From the IMG/VR virus record IMGVR_UViG_3300046786_000293, positions 256,001 to 320,000 of that record: a DNA stretch of 64,000 nucleotides. The stretch is one strand, 5' to 3'. Shown here piece after piece: positions 18,317 through 27,235 of this stretch (positions within the stretch are counted from its first letter, which is position 1; each line of letters starts with the position of its first letter). The stretch comes from a virus (taxonomy: Duplodnaviria > Caudoviricetes). The translations under genes and the position numbers were made by a program. The notes under the pieces are model-generated. The model did not search any database. It worked only from the letters and a program-made list of their open reading frames with translations, and had not been told where the DNA came from.

Positions 18317-18324
18317 ATAATCCT

Positions 18325-18522
18325 TTAACTTCCACAGTCTATTCTCCATGGGCATCTTGATAATATTGAGGTTGAGCAATCATCTTCCCCGAAACACGCA
18401 GGAGCAGGTTGCGTCCGCATGAGTCTAATAGCAGTATGGAGTTGTTCTCGTTCCTCCTTGCGACCAGTGCCTTCATAAGACAAGTATGCTTCTTCGTCTA
18501 GTAGAATTTGAATGGACTTCAT
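18325..18522 (-). CDS. Small hypothetical protein
   Basis: 65 aa, ATGA-coupled to the RNase H gene; C-terminal Cys cluster. Confidence 0.55.
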   Translation of the reverse strand: MKSIQILLDEEAYLSYEGTGRKEEREQLHTAIRLMRTQPAPACFGEDDCSTSILSRCPWRIDCGS

Positions 18523-19508
18523 TTTGGATAACTGGCGCTTAAAATATCACCAATCGCTGTGGCGTTCTCGCTCAACTTAGTAAGCTCGTACTTGCCGCAG
18601 AACTTAAGAAACTGAGCACCCACCATGGGTCGATTCAAACGTTTTGCACCGTTAGAAATAGTTTCTGCAATCTTAACTTTAATGTCATCAGGTTGTGCAG
18701 AAAGATCAATCAACGTTTTATTGCGATAGTAGTCATCAAGCACTTTGTGCTCGATACCATTGTGGTCGGTCCAAGTCTGCAACATCATGTTGTTCCACGA
18801 GAACCCCTTCTTGTCCATGTCTGCAAACGCTTCAATCAAACCAACTTTGTTCTTAGAGCCTTTAGTGCGAACACCTGGATAGGCACTGAACACATTGTCG
18901 GTGGAATCTCCACGCATACATTTTTCAAATAGAATAAACTTAGGGTCAGGGATTTTCTTAGGCTCTTTGGTCTTCTTATCAATAACAGGTTTACCTTTTT
19001 TGTCAAAGATTCCTTGCAAGGTGTGAAGTTCGTCTGCAACACCATTGTACTGATTTACATTGTCGGCTAGCAATTGATGGAAGTCGGTGTCTGAACTTAC
19101 AATGGTATGGTGATCCTCAGGGTGACTTTGGATCCATCCTGCCACCAAGTCATCTGCTTCCAAGTTTTCGTGCCGGAGAACAGTACAATTGGTGCGTTCG
19201 GATAGGAATGTTTTAAGTTCGTCAAATGCTTCCCAGAAGAGTTTATCTTCTTCGGCTTCTGCTTCGGTGAGCGCCGCCCGGGCAACTGCTCTGTTCTTTT
19301 TGTAGGGCTCATAGTAATCCTTGCGCCATGAGCGACCTTCGAGACAGAACACAACGTGGTCGGCCTTTTGTTCGCGCCACGCTTTGTTTACGCTGGCTAG
19401 GGTGACATGAATCGCAAAACCTAGTTTATCCCACGTATCGCTTTGGCGATGGGCACTATGTCTTGCACGAAAGAAAGTATTGGCTGTATCAACGATTAAG
19501 TAACGCAT
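18519..19508 (-). CDS. rnh: T4-type RNase H / 5'-3' exonuclease (FEN-like)
   Basis: LIVDT, VFCLEG, SWRK, EADDL, IVSSDTDF, GDSTDNV. Confidence 0.9.
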   Translation of the reverse strand: MRYLIVDTANTFFRARHSAHRQSDTWDKLGFAIHVTLASVNKAWREQKADHVVFCLEGRSWRKDYYEPYKKNRAVARAALTEAEAEEDKLFWEAFDELKTFLSERTNCTVLRHENLEADDLVAGWIQSHPEDHHTIVSSDTDFHQLLADNVNQYNGVADELHTLQGIFDKKGKPVIDKKTKEPKKIPDPKFILFEKCMRGDSTDNVFSAYPGVRTKGSKNKVGLIEAFADMDKKGFSWNNMMLQTWTDHNGIEHKVLDDYYRNKTLIDLSAQPDDIKVKIAETISNGAKRLNRPMVGAQFLKFCGKYELTKLSENATAIGDILSASYPK

Positions 19509-19525
19509 AGAATAATAATAGCATA

Positions 19526-20194
19526 TTATCCATTAAGTGTCAACACATCTTTAACTTTTGGTAAAATGAAGTTAGCCCAGCCTTTATGGGCATCTGCATC
19601 GTAGTGATGCCATTTTGGGTCTACCAAATTGTATCCATTATTTTTTAACCAAAAATAGTAAGTCATATTTTGGTTATAGGGATCGACATAGAAAGGCCCG
19701 TATTCTAGTTTTGATCCGTATTTGTTTTCATCGTAGGCAAGTCTGTACATAAACCAACTAAAACAATTAAAAAACAAATGTGGAATATTCTGACTTAGTA
19801 GCTCTATATGAAAATTCCAGATTTTGTTGTAATTTTCATTTTCTTTTTGACGCTGGTTTTCTTTATCGGCATATTTGATAACCCATTCTTTGTATCTAGT
19901 TTTTAGTTCGTTAGGTACTTCATCTGCGCCGCTAGCAGTTACATGATAACTTTCACCGTTGTAAATCCATTCTTCTCGTTCCCAAGTCGACCACCCGATG
20001 ATAATAAAGTCTGGGCGTGTGTGTTGTAGATATTCTCGTGTTCGACGTATGATTCTATCATTACCTACAGCAGGTTCAGCATCGCATACAAATTCCCAAC
20101 CTAACGCATTTGCTACATGTCGGCCGTAACTATATTCGGGACCACCCGCATCATGCCCACAACTGTGACTATCACCGTTAACGTAGAGTATCAT
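19526..20194 (-). CDS. SGNH hydrolase-like protein
   Basis: YVNGDSHS, GNDRI, C-terminal HHYDADAH. Confidence 0.7.
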   Translation of the reverse strand: MILYVNGDSHSCGHDAGGPEYSYGRHVANALGWEFVCDAEPAVGNDRIIRRTREYLQHTRPDFIIIGWSTWEREEWIYNGESYHVTASGADEVPNELKTRYKEWVIKYADKENQRQKENENYNKIWNFHIELLSQNIPHLFFNCFSWFMYRLAYDENKYGSKLEYGPFYVDPYNQNMTYYFWLKNNGYNLVDPKWHHYDADAHKGWANFILPKVKDVLTLNG

Positions 20195-20436
20195 TCTTTG
20201 TATGCTGGATTAGGAACTTCTAGTTCAAATATATGATATAAATTAGTAACACCACCAGAGTTATTTGATTGATCTGACAGTATACACATGGTTCTGCCGT
20301 ACTCAGCTTCTGTTTGAGTAAGATAAAATCCTAATCCCATACCAGTGGTACTACTACCAGTGGTACTAAACGCTAACCCTGCTTGTCTTAGTAGACAATA
20401 GACTTTAATTAGCTTGGGCTGTGATAAGGATTGCAT
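20191..20436 (-). CDS. Hypothetical protein
   Basis: 81-aa ORF coupled to both neighbours. Confidence 0.55.
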   Translation of the reverse strand: MQSLSQPKLIKVYCLLRQAGLAFSTTGSSTTGMGLGFYLTQTEAEYGRTMCILSDQSNNSGGVTNLYHIFELEVPNPAYKE

Positions 20437-20909
20437 TAGCTTACCTCTGTGCGTCCGCCACCAATATCTCTACGTTGTACTCCAGTAGGCGGCCTAGGAT
20501 TGTTTGCTTCTACTTGTTCGTAAGTTTCTAGTACAACATTACGACAAACATCTTGGAACCATTGATCCACAATTTGTTGATCATCGCGACCTTTGTAGCC
20601 AGCACGAACAAGTTTAGCAACAAAGAATTCATTCCAATCTAATTCAAATGCACCTTGCCCGATGTTTTCTGGATCTAGCTCTACGCTGATAATATTAACC
20701 CACGGCTCACCTTTTTCCGTAGCAAGTTGCTTTGCGGTCTTTTTGGGTTTTGCTTCTTTGGGTTTCTTTACCTTAGGTACATCGGGTGTTTTCTTTGGAT
20801 CTGGCAATCCACGATCCACCGGAATAACTTCTCCTGATGCTTTAATAGCGTCAACTAATTTATCAACGTTAGATTCTTTCTTGCCAAATAGTTTATCAAT
20901 TAATCCCAT
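20436..20909 (-). CDS. Hypothetical protein
   Basis: Start re-placed at MGLIDKLFG; GAFELDWNEFF. Confidence 0.7.
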   Translation of the reverse strand: MGLIDKLFGKKESNVDKLVDAIKASGEVIPVDRGLPDPKKTPDVPKVKKPKEAKPKKTAKQLATEKGEPWVNIISVELDPENIGQGAFELDWNEFFVAKLVRAGYKGRDDQQIVDQWFQDVCRNVVLETYEQVEANNPRPPTGVQRRDIGGGRTEVS

Positions 20910-20919
20910 ATAGTTTCCT

Positions 20920-21786
20920 TTATTTGCCCCAACCATTGCCCCAAAGGTCAACGTGTAAGCGAGGACTGTAGTAGTATCCTCGACTACATGCCCAGTCTGC
21001 AACTCGCACACGGTTTGCCGCATAAGGAGTGACAACACCACCTTGTGGCATAACGTATACAACACCAGTAAATCCGCCTGCTCTAAATTCTTTTACAGCA
21101 CGCTCTACTTCTGCAAAGTGTTCTTCTGTTTCTACAACAAACTTAAGATAAACGGTGCCTAGATTTTGATAACTGGCCACAATATCAGGACAAATTGCTT
21201 CCTCCCACTTTTCGCCGCTTGCACTTAGTTTGGCACTTACACTGAATGTGACTTCTCTCTTAAAGTCTATACCAGGCAGTTGCCACAGTAATAGATATTC
21301 TGCAAATTTATCTTGCAGACGTTGTGTGCCGTTTGTTTCAAATGTGATATTACGAAGATCCTGCATACCTTCGCGACTTAGCAATTCTTCGTAAGCACGT
21401 TGCCAACCCAGTAGCGGCTCACCGCCTGTAATAACAAGATGTACATCGTTACCGTTGTCTTGCACCCACTTGTGATTGGGTGTTAGTGCAAGCATTTTGT
21501 CTACTAGTTCTTTAGTATCATAATTTGGGCTTAGTTCTTTGAATGCGGGGTGCCAGGATGCATAGCTATCACAGCCGGTGTTGACAAGAGGCAGCTCTTC
21601 AAATGTTTTATAAAGGTGTATGTTCTTTGCCACCTCGTCGGCTTCTTTGCTCTTACTACCAGGAGCGCAGCCAAAGCCTGCACACGTAAAGTTGCATCCA
21701 AACGTTCGAAGGAAAACGCTAGGAACACCAACAAAACGACCTTCGCCCTGTGCAGAGTAGAATAGTTCACTTACTTTAATCTTCAT
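20920..21786 (-). CDS. queE: 7-carboxy-7-deazaguanine synthase QueE (radical SAM)
   Basis: SELFYSAQGEG, FLRTFGCNFTC...CD, LVITGGEP, FETNG, PRLHVDLWG. Confidence 0.92.
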   Translation of the reverse strand: MKIKVSELFYSAQGEGRFVGVPSVFLRTFGCNFTCAGFGCAPGSKSKEADEVAKNIHLYKTFEELPLVNTGCDSYASWHPAFKELSPNYDTKELVDKMLALTPNHKWVQDNGNDVHLVITGGEPLLGWQRAYEELLSREGMQDLRNITFETNGTQRLQDKFAEYLLLWQLPGIDFKREVTFSVSAKLSASGEKWEEAICPDIVASYQNLGTVYLKFVVETEEHFAEVERAVKEFRAGGFTGVVYVMPQGGVVTPYAANRVRVADWACSRGYYYSPRLHVDLWGNGWGK

Positions 21787-22051
21787 ATATTTTTGACCAG
21801 AGTCTTAATTTATCTTTTTTGGCTTGTTTTGCTTGTTCAAGCCTTTCCCATGATAATACATTCTGTTCTACTAGAATGTCAATCATAGCCAATACATCAC
21901 CTATTTCATTTTCTAGCATCGTTGAATGAGTCAACCCTGTTTTATAGTGTTGACTATCAACACCAAACCTGCGACATTTACTAACTTCAACGATAACTTC
22001 AGCACATTCTTCTTGAAGAATGTCTAGTGTTTCTTGGATTTTTGGATTCAT
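21776..22051 (-). CDS. MazG-like NTP pyrophosphohydrolase
   Basis: LQEECAEV...ENEIGDVL (EExxE...E.GD). Confidence 0.8.
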   Translation of the reverse strand: MNPKIQETLDILQEECAEVIVEVSKCRRFGVDSQHYKTGLTHSTMLENEIGDVLAMIDILVEQNVLSWERLEQAKQAKKDKLRLWSKIYED

Positions 22052-22236
22052 GTAGTCTTTTCAATTCTTACCATTTTAAAGCAAACCCAACCATCGGGAG
22101 TCTTAACCATGGTACCACCCAATACTTCGCACTGATTGACTCGATCATCAAAACGAGCAAGCGCAAAGCCTGCGGCAATAATTGTAAGGGCCAAGAGTCC
22201 AAACATAATTTTTTCAAATAAACCTAAATTAGTCAT
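22048..22236 (-). CDS. Small membrane-anchored protein
   Basis: One TM segment followed by C...C. Confidence 0.55.
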   Translation of the reverse strand: MTNLGLFEKIMFGLLALTIIAAGFALARFDDRVNQCEVLGGTMVKTPDGWVCFKMVRIEKTT

Positions 22237-22239
22237 AGC

Positions 22240-22431
22240 TCACCAATGTCGAATAACACCTGCAATGATAAAACAGTTTGTTATAATGTATGATAGCACA
22301 ATGGCAGTACGAATGCAAGCAATACGGTCTGCTTCCGAATCCGTACTGCCTGCTTTTTCTCCAAGGGCTTTCGCCCAAAGTCTCCAAATTTTAGTTGCTA
22401 CTTTGAACAATGTTTTCGTTCTCGTCGACAT
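22240..22431 (-). CDS. Small membrane protein
   Basis: WRLWAKALGEKAG...ADRIA followed by a hydrophobic tail. Confidence 0.65.
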   Translation of the reverse strand: MSTRTKTLFKVATKIWRLWAKALGEKAGSTDSEADRIACIRTAIVLSYIITNCFIIAGVIRHW

Positions 22432-23032
22432 TAACTTTCTTTTGCAAGAAATTTAGCAACACACCATATGCGGGCAGAATAACAATCAGGCTAACAATAA
22501 TTTTGCTAATGCTATTGTTGGTAGCAACAGTAAACCAATTAGCAGCCATAAATTCATTTGCACCTTTGTAGAATGCTGTGAAGAAGAAGGTGTATGTGTC
22601 GATGAACGTGCTTACGATACTACTTAGAGTAGGAGCAATCCACCAGCTATTATACTTCTCTCGAAAATATTGGAATACATAGACATCTAACAAGTTAGAA
22701 ACAAAGTATGCCATACCCGATCCAAGACCAATTCGGAATGCGACGCTATCAGGTGCTCCGCCCAATTTGACTACTGCCATACTAACTAATATGGCAGGAA
22801 TAAATGCTAACGCAATAACTGCACGGCCTGTTTGTTTACCTAGCAATCGAACAGTCAGGTCTGTTAAAACAACAACTAACGGAAAGGTAAATGCCGCTAC
22901 TGCTAGAGGATTTCCAAAAACGTCAATTTTAAATTGAACAACATAGTTACTAATAGCAATAATGATGATATGAGCTAACATCAACTTATACGCTAATGCA
23001 CGGTCTACGCCGGCTAAAATTTTGTCAAACAT
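22391..23032 (-). CDS. yhhQ: YhhQ/VUT family queuosine-precursor (preQ0/preQ1) transporter
   Basis: Multi-TM; ISNYVVQ, FTFPLVVVLTDL, SNLLDVYVF, STFIDTYTFF. Confidence 0.88.
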   Translation of the reverse strand: MFDKILAGVDRALAYKLMLAHIIIIAISNYVVQFKIDVFGNPLAVAAFTFPLVVVLTDLTVRLLGKQTGRAVIALAFIPAILVSMAVVKLGGAPDSVAFRIGLGSGMAYFVSNLLDVYVFQYFREKYNSWWIAPTLSSIVSTFIDTYTFFFTAFYKGANEFMAANWFTVATNNSISKIIVSLIVILPAYGVLLNFLQKKVNVDENENIVQSSN

Positions 23033-23043
23033 ATTTTTACTCC

Positions 23044-23376
23044 TTAGTGATTACGTTTGCCGTCAAACACACATACAAAATACAATGTATGAGAATTTGA
23101 CTTATTATGAACACGATGGAACACACCGTCTTCAATTAGGACAACGTCGCCTCCTTGAACGGCCAAACGCTTGTCATCTAATTCCATTTCGCCAACGCCA
23201 GAAATAAAATAATATACTTCTTCTTGTCCGGCATGGCTATGTCCTCTTGTACTTTGTCCAGGTTTTAAATCTGTTGAACTTAGTACAAGATTCTTTAGTG
23301 TTTTGTTGTCTTTAAGAACATAAGTTTCATTGTCTTTAACAATGTCACCACCTATATCATATATGCTATATTTCAT
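23044..23376 (-). CDS. Cupin-domain protein
   Basis: GHSHAGQEEVYYF...GDVVLIEDGVFHRV. Confidence 0.85.
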   Translation of the reverse strand: MKYSIYDIGGDIVKDNETYVLKDNKTLKNLVLSSTDLKPGQSTRGHSHAGQEEVYYFISGVGEMELDDKRLAVQGGDVVLIEDGVFHRVHNKSNSHTLYFVCVFDGKRNH

Positions 23377-23382
23377 AATAAT

Positions 23383-24036
23383 TTAAAATTCTAAAACAAA
23401 ATGTGAAGTTTTTCTATAAACAGTACGTTTTGCCTTTAAACTCATGTTATCAAATAATTCGTCGTCGATTATTCTACAATGCATTTTTTCTGCGTCAGGC
23501 CATCCGCTTCCAATTGCTATAGGATGCATACCTGGATGATTCGCAATACACATTAGTCCACTAAATTGTTTACAGATATTATCCCACACAGGCTCGAATT
23601 CTTCTTCGAGTATATGTTCAATTGATTCTACCATGAGAACTGTGTCAAATTTTGAAAAATCTGCTACAAAATTTTTAACATTGGTTTCTATGACCTTTGG
23701 CGGAATAAACTCGTCTCCAAAGAACTGTTTACCAGTTCGATCAAACCAATTCTGAATGTTGATTGCTATATCCACCGCAGTAACAGGAATACCTAATTTG
23801 GATAAAACACATGATATTTCTCCTCTGCCAGGCCCTATTTCCAATACATGGTTGGGAGTTCTAGTTTTATAATTATTTAAAAATTGCAACTGATCTTCAA
23901 GTGTATTACACTCGATTAAATCATAAATGCCAAATGCATAACACAAGGCCGGAAACTGATCATTCGACCTTAACATTTTTTTATTCCAATTATCTAAATC
24001 AGAATAAAAATACCCTTCTTGGTATGCAAAACTCAT
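23383..24036 (-). CDS. Class I SAM-dependent methyltransferase
   Basis: VLEIGPGRG, AVDI, ESIEHI; ATGA-coupled to queD. Confidence 0.8.
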   Translation of the reverse strand: MSFAYQEGYFYSDLDNWNKKMLRSNDQFPALCYAFGIYDLIECNTLEDQLQFLNNYKTRTPNHVLEIGPGRGEISCVLSKLGIPVTAVDIAINIQNWFDRTGKQFFGDEFIPPKVIETNVKNFVADFSKFDTVLMVESIEHILEEEFEPVWDNICKQFSGLMCIANHPGMHPIAIGSGWPDAEKMHCRIIDDELFDNMSLKAKRTVYRKTSHFVLEF

Positions 24037-24536
24037 GCAAATAAATCCTCGTTCCATTCACGATGACCTTCACGGAATGCCATATTGCTTTGTGTTTCAC
24101 GCACCTCTACACGATAGCACCATAGTCGTTGTGCTTCTCCTGGCCCCCACAGGTCAGGTATATAAACACCATTGACATACTTGTAAAGCATGTCGGCCAG
24201 GCCTTCGCAACCCAGTCTCGGTAAGACTACAACCTTGGCCATTTTCTTGGCTTCTAGTAGTTTGTATGTTTCCATTTCAGGATCATCTTGTGCCACAATC
24301 AACGTGTGGTCGAACATATCCTCTAATAACTTCTTCAAGTCTTTCAATCCACCGTAGTCAGCGGCCCAGTTGCGTACATCTAGGTCATTAGTACCAAAGT
24401 AAAACTTCATTGAAAAACTGTAGCCATGAATTAAGTTACAGTGACTATCGGCACGCCATTGACGATACGCACAGGGAAATGCGTCGTGATATTCTTTGGT
24501 GCTTGTGTATTTGTAGGTAATTGTTTGATTTGCCAT
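24033..24536 (-). CDS. queD: 6-carboxy-5,6,7,8-tetrahydropterin synthase QueD
   Basis: HCNLIHGYS, DYGGLK, FDHTL, CEGLA, VEVRET. Confidence 0.9.
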   Translation of the reverse strand: MANQTITYKYTSTKEYHDAFPCAYRQWRADSHCNLIHGYSFSMKFYFGTNDLDVRNWAADYGGLKDLKKLLEDMFDHTLIVAQDDPEMETYKLLEAKKMAKVVVLPRLGCEGLADMLYKYVNGVYIPDLWGPGEAQRLWCYRVEVRETQSNMAFREGHREWNEDLFA

Positions 24537-24571
24537 CTCTAGTCTCCTTTATGTTAGGTAGCAAGTTTGAT

Positions 24572-24614
24572 GGTATGCAGAATCTTTATAGAGGGATGAA
24601 TGCCAAGTCCTCTT
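24572..24614 (-). ncRNA. preQ1-I-like riboswitch aptamer candidate in the queD 5' UTR
   Basis: AGAGG-ACUUGGCAUUCAUC-CCUCU-AUAAAGAUUCUGC: 5-bp P1, C immediately before the 3' arm, A-rich tail, loop GCA able to pair with tail UGC; follows TAAATA (24622-24627) and precedes the AAGGAG RBS. Confidence 0.6.
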
Positions 24615-24624
24615 GAGTAAGTAT

Positions 24625-25134
24625 TTATTCCCACCAACGCTCGTAGGGAAAAACAATCCATTCTTTTTTGCTTTTAGTAATCTCTTCGCCACTAAAGTCT
24701 ATGGTAACGTGGGACTTACTGCTAACGTTATCGTATACTACTGCAAATTTTACATTATGATTCCAAACATCTTTCCAACTTGGATCCTTGGGTAAACAAC
24801 TAGATTGCCAATCTTCGATAAGCCAATTAATTGTTTTACCTGTATCATTGATGTCGTCGACAATGAGAATCTTTTTGCGAGCAGTTACCTCAGGCTTGCC
24901 GTATTCGTAGCCAAATGCATCTTCAGCCATCCACAAATTACTTTCGTTAGTTTCGGGCTTGCTGGTTACATGTAGTGCATACATAGGAATATCAAAATAG
25001 TGACTAATCATAACTGCGGGAATAAGACCACCGCGAGTTAGTCCTACAATATAATCGGGGCGCCAATTACTAATAGCAATGCTTCGACAAATTTTAGCGA
25101 CCCGGCTATTATATTCTTTATTAGTAAGATCCAT
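24625..25134 (-). CDS. Type I phosphoribosyltransferase (purine PRTase-like)
   Basis: IVGLTRGGLIPA, ILIVDDINDTGKT (PRPP loop), WIVFPYE. Confidence 0.88.
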   Translation of the reverse strand: MDLTNKEYNSRVAKICRSIAISNWRPDYIVGLTRGGLIPAVMISHYFDIPMYALHVTSKPETNESNLWMAEDAFGYEYGKPEVTARKKILIVDDINDTGKTINWLIEDWQSSCLPKDPSWKDVWNHNVKFAVVYDNVSSKSHVTIDFSGEEITKSKKEWIVFPYERWWE

Positions 25135-25459
25135 GTTGTTCTCGTTCCATTTGTTCTTTAAGATTATGATTAGTGATTATATTACTAAACTTAAGTATAA
25201 ACATACTAGCAATACTAGCATCTTCACCATTGAAATGCAATCTACTGCCGCCGAGGCCATTTTGATGATGATGACACCATTTACCTTTGCCGTATGATAC
25301 GTAAGGTACATTATTTTCTTTGCCCCGGCTATTCCAAAAGTGTTCGACTTTTTTATTGCCGCCAATTTGGTCGTACCATTCAACAACTTCGTCGTTGAGT
25401 TCTTCTATGTCTATCCAAATTGGATAAACTACTCGACACCCTGGGGGTAGTGCTATCAT
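25121..25459 (-). CDS. Hypothetical protein, array-family-like C-terminus
   Basis: VEWYDQIGG...LHFNGEDASIASMFILKF. Confidence 0.65.
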   Translation of the reverse strand: MIALPPGCRVVYPIWIDIEELNDEVVEWYDQIGGNKKVEHFWNSRGKENNVPYVSYGKGKWCHHHQNGLGGSRLHFNGEDASIASMFILKFSNIITNHNLKEQMEREQHGSY

Positions 25460-25905
25460 TTTGCCCTTTCAGACAAATATTGTTCCCACTGTACCCATTG
25501 TCCTTTGCGTAGGAATCCCCATTCGCGTTGTTTTGCTCCGGGCATAAACAATGTCCAACAAGTTACATCAGGATCAAGTTCGATACGATGATAACTGTTT
25601 GCACTACAAATACGAAAGTGTCCGGGGCCACGCCAATGTTGAAATTCGGCAATCTTAACTCCTTGATTGTTAAACACAGGAGTCCATTCCCAATATCCGC
25701 CTTTAAGGATAATAGTTGCATAGGGCCAAGGATGATCGTGCAAATCGTCGGGGTCGGACTTAAGAAATTTGTGTAGAAATATGTTAAATGGAAACCGTGT
25801 TCTGTCTTTGAGAAACACATAATAGCGTTCCAAGTAAGGTTCGTTGTTGACACGGTCCATAACAATACGTTTACGACCTAACTTTTCTAGCAATTTAAGA
25901 AACAT
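25456..25905 (-). CDS. Cupin-fold hypothetical protein
   Basis: LHKF, LHDHPW, GGYWE, YHRIEL, WTLF. Confidence 0.75.
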   Translation of the reverse strand: MFLKLLEKLGRKRIVMDRVNNEPYLERYYVFLKDRTRFPFNIFLHKFLKSDPDDLHDHPWPYATIILKGGYWEWTPVFNNQGVKIAEFQHWRGPGHFRICSANSYHRIELDPDVTCWTLFMPGAKQREWGFLRKGQWVQWEQYLSERAK

Positions 25906-25950
25906 AATAGTCCTTTAAAGTTTTGCACATAGATTTTAGTTGAAATAACT

Positions 25951-27192
25951 TTATAAGTCAATGCTTAAAGTTGGTTTGGTAAAATAGACATTTGTTCTAT
26001 TGCTGTCGTTTACTGTGTAAACAAAACCCCATTTATTACCAATTCGAATCGGAAGTGTGATTTGTTTATTTGGTATTTGTGTATACGCTCTACGAGTCCA
26101 GCGGCCTTGCCCGCTTATTAACATTTGCGGACTAGTCCAAATATCAGGGATACCGTCGCCATTAAAATCTTGAATCATAGGCATGTAATCAATATCTATA
26201 TTTGAATTAAAATCAGTTAAGTTAGTTTGATCTACAAAGTTAAAATTACCTTGATTAATTAAAATTTGTACTCGACCTTCGGCAGTCCATTGATTGTTTC
26301 TTGCTGACGCCCACGGTCTACTAAACACAACAATATCTTGTAGTCCGTCATTGTTCATGTCTGCTACTTTACATCTTACATCGTGACTAATTTCAGTAAG
26401 ACCAGAATTACCAACTTCATAGTGGGGTGGAGTTAATAAATGTTGTGCAACAGGCTTTAAATTTGAATTTAGTTCGAATACAGCAGTATCATTAAATGGC
26501 CATTGTCCGTTGGCAATATTTAAATCGGTAATGACTATCTGTTTGCGTCCGTCGTTTGCAAAATCTCCCACGCATACTCCCATACCATGCATCCAGAACA
26601 AACTATTGGCCCAGGTGTGGTCTTTAAATGTAAAGTTGCCGGAACCGTCGTTGATCCACATTTTGCCTTCTGCATCCACAACGTCTAAATTTCCATCACT
26701 ATTAATATCGGCTACAGTTGCACTATGACTCCATGTATATTCTAATAATTGATGACTATGATATGTGCCTGGACGACTTAAAAATAGATGTGTAACAGTA
26801 AGTTGGTTTGAGATATCTACAAAACCTGGCAAAAATATATCGTCTATTCCGTCATTATTAAAATCTGCCACCAACGGTGTTGCTACACTAACTCTAGGTA
26901 CACTGGGCCCGAGAATATCTGCCGTTACATCAGTGCCGCCACCATTTTCATTTAATTTAAAAATATTAACGGGCACAGTCCCGCCCATTTCAATCTGACT
27001 GCCTGTAACTAATACGTAAGTATTACTGTCATTTTTAAAATGGCCTTGCACTATTGCAACACCCATAAAATAATCTGTTTGAATGCCTTTAATAAATGTG
27101 GAATCAACAGTAGCAGAACTACTAGAACCTCCACCGCCTCCGCCACAAGCAGACAACAACAGGCTAAAAAGAAAGGGTATGACTAGTTTCAT
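25951..27192 (-). CDS. Lipoprotein with FG-GAP/VCBS repeats
   Basis: Lipobox LLSAC then a poly-Gly linker; repeats ADFNNDGIDD, ADINSDGNLD, GDFANDGRKQ, ADMNNDGLQD, QDFNGDGIPD. Confidence 0.85.
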   Translation of the reverse strand: MKLVIPFLFSLLLSACGGGGGGSSSSATVDSTFIKGIQTDYFMGVAIVQGHFKNDSNTYVLVTGSQIEMGGTVPVNIFKLNENGGGTDVTADILGPSVPRVSVATPLVADFNNDGIDDIFLPGFVDISNQLTVTHLFLSRPGTYHSHQLLEYTWSHSATVADINSDGNLDVVDAEGKMWINDGSGNFTFKDHTWANSLFWMHGMGVCVGDFANDGRKQIVITDLNIANGQWPFNDTAVFELNSNLKPVAQHLLTPPHYEVGNSGLTEISHDVRCKVADMNNDGLQDIVVFSRPWASARNNQWTAEGRVQILINQGNFNFVDQTNLTDFNSNIDIDYMPMIQDFNGDGIPDIWTSPQMLISGQGRWTRRAYTQIPNKQITLPIRIGNKWGFVYTVNDSNRTNVYFTKPTLSIDL

Positions 27193-27198
27193 ACCCCA

Positions 27199-27230
27199 AT
27201 TATACAGCCAAAATGAATTTTTGTCTGTTG
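27199..27230 (-). promoter_or_regulatory. Promoter with TATAAT and a CAACAGACAA box at -35
   Basis: TATAAT at 27199-27204, 17-nt spacer, CAGACA at 27222-27227. Confidence 0.5.
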
Positions 27231-27235
27231 TATTT

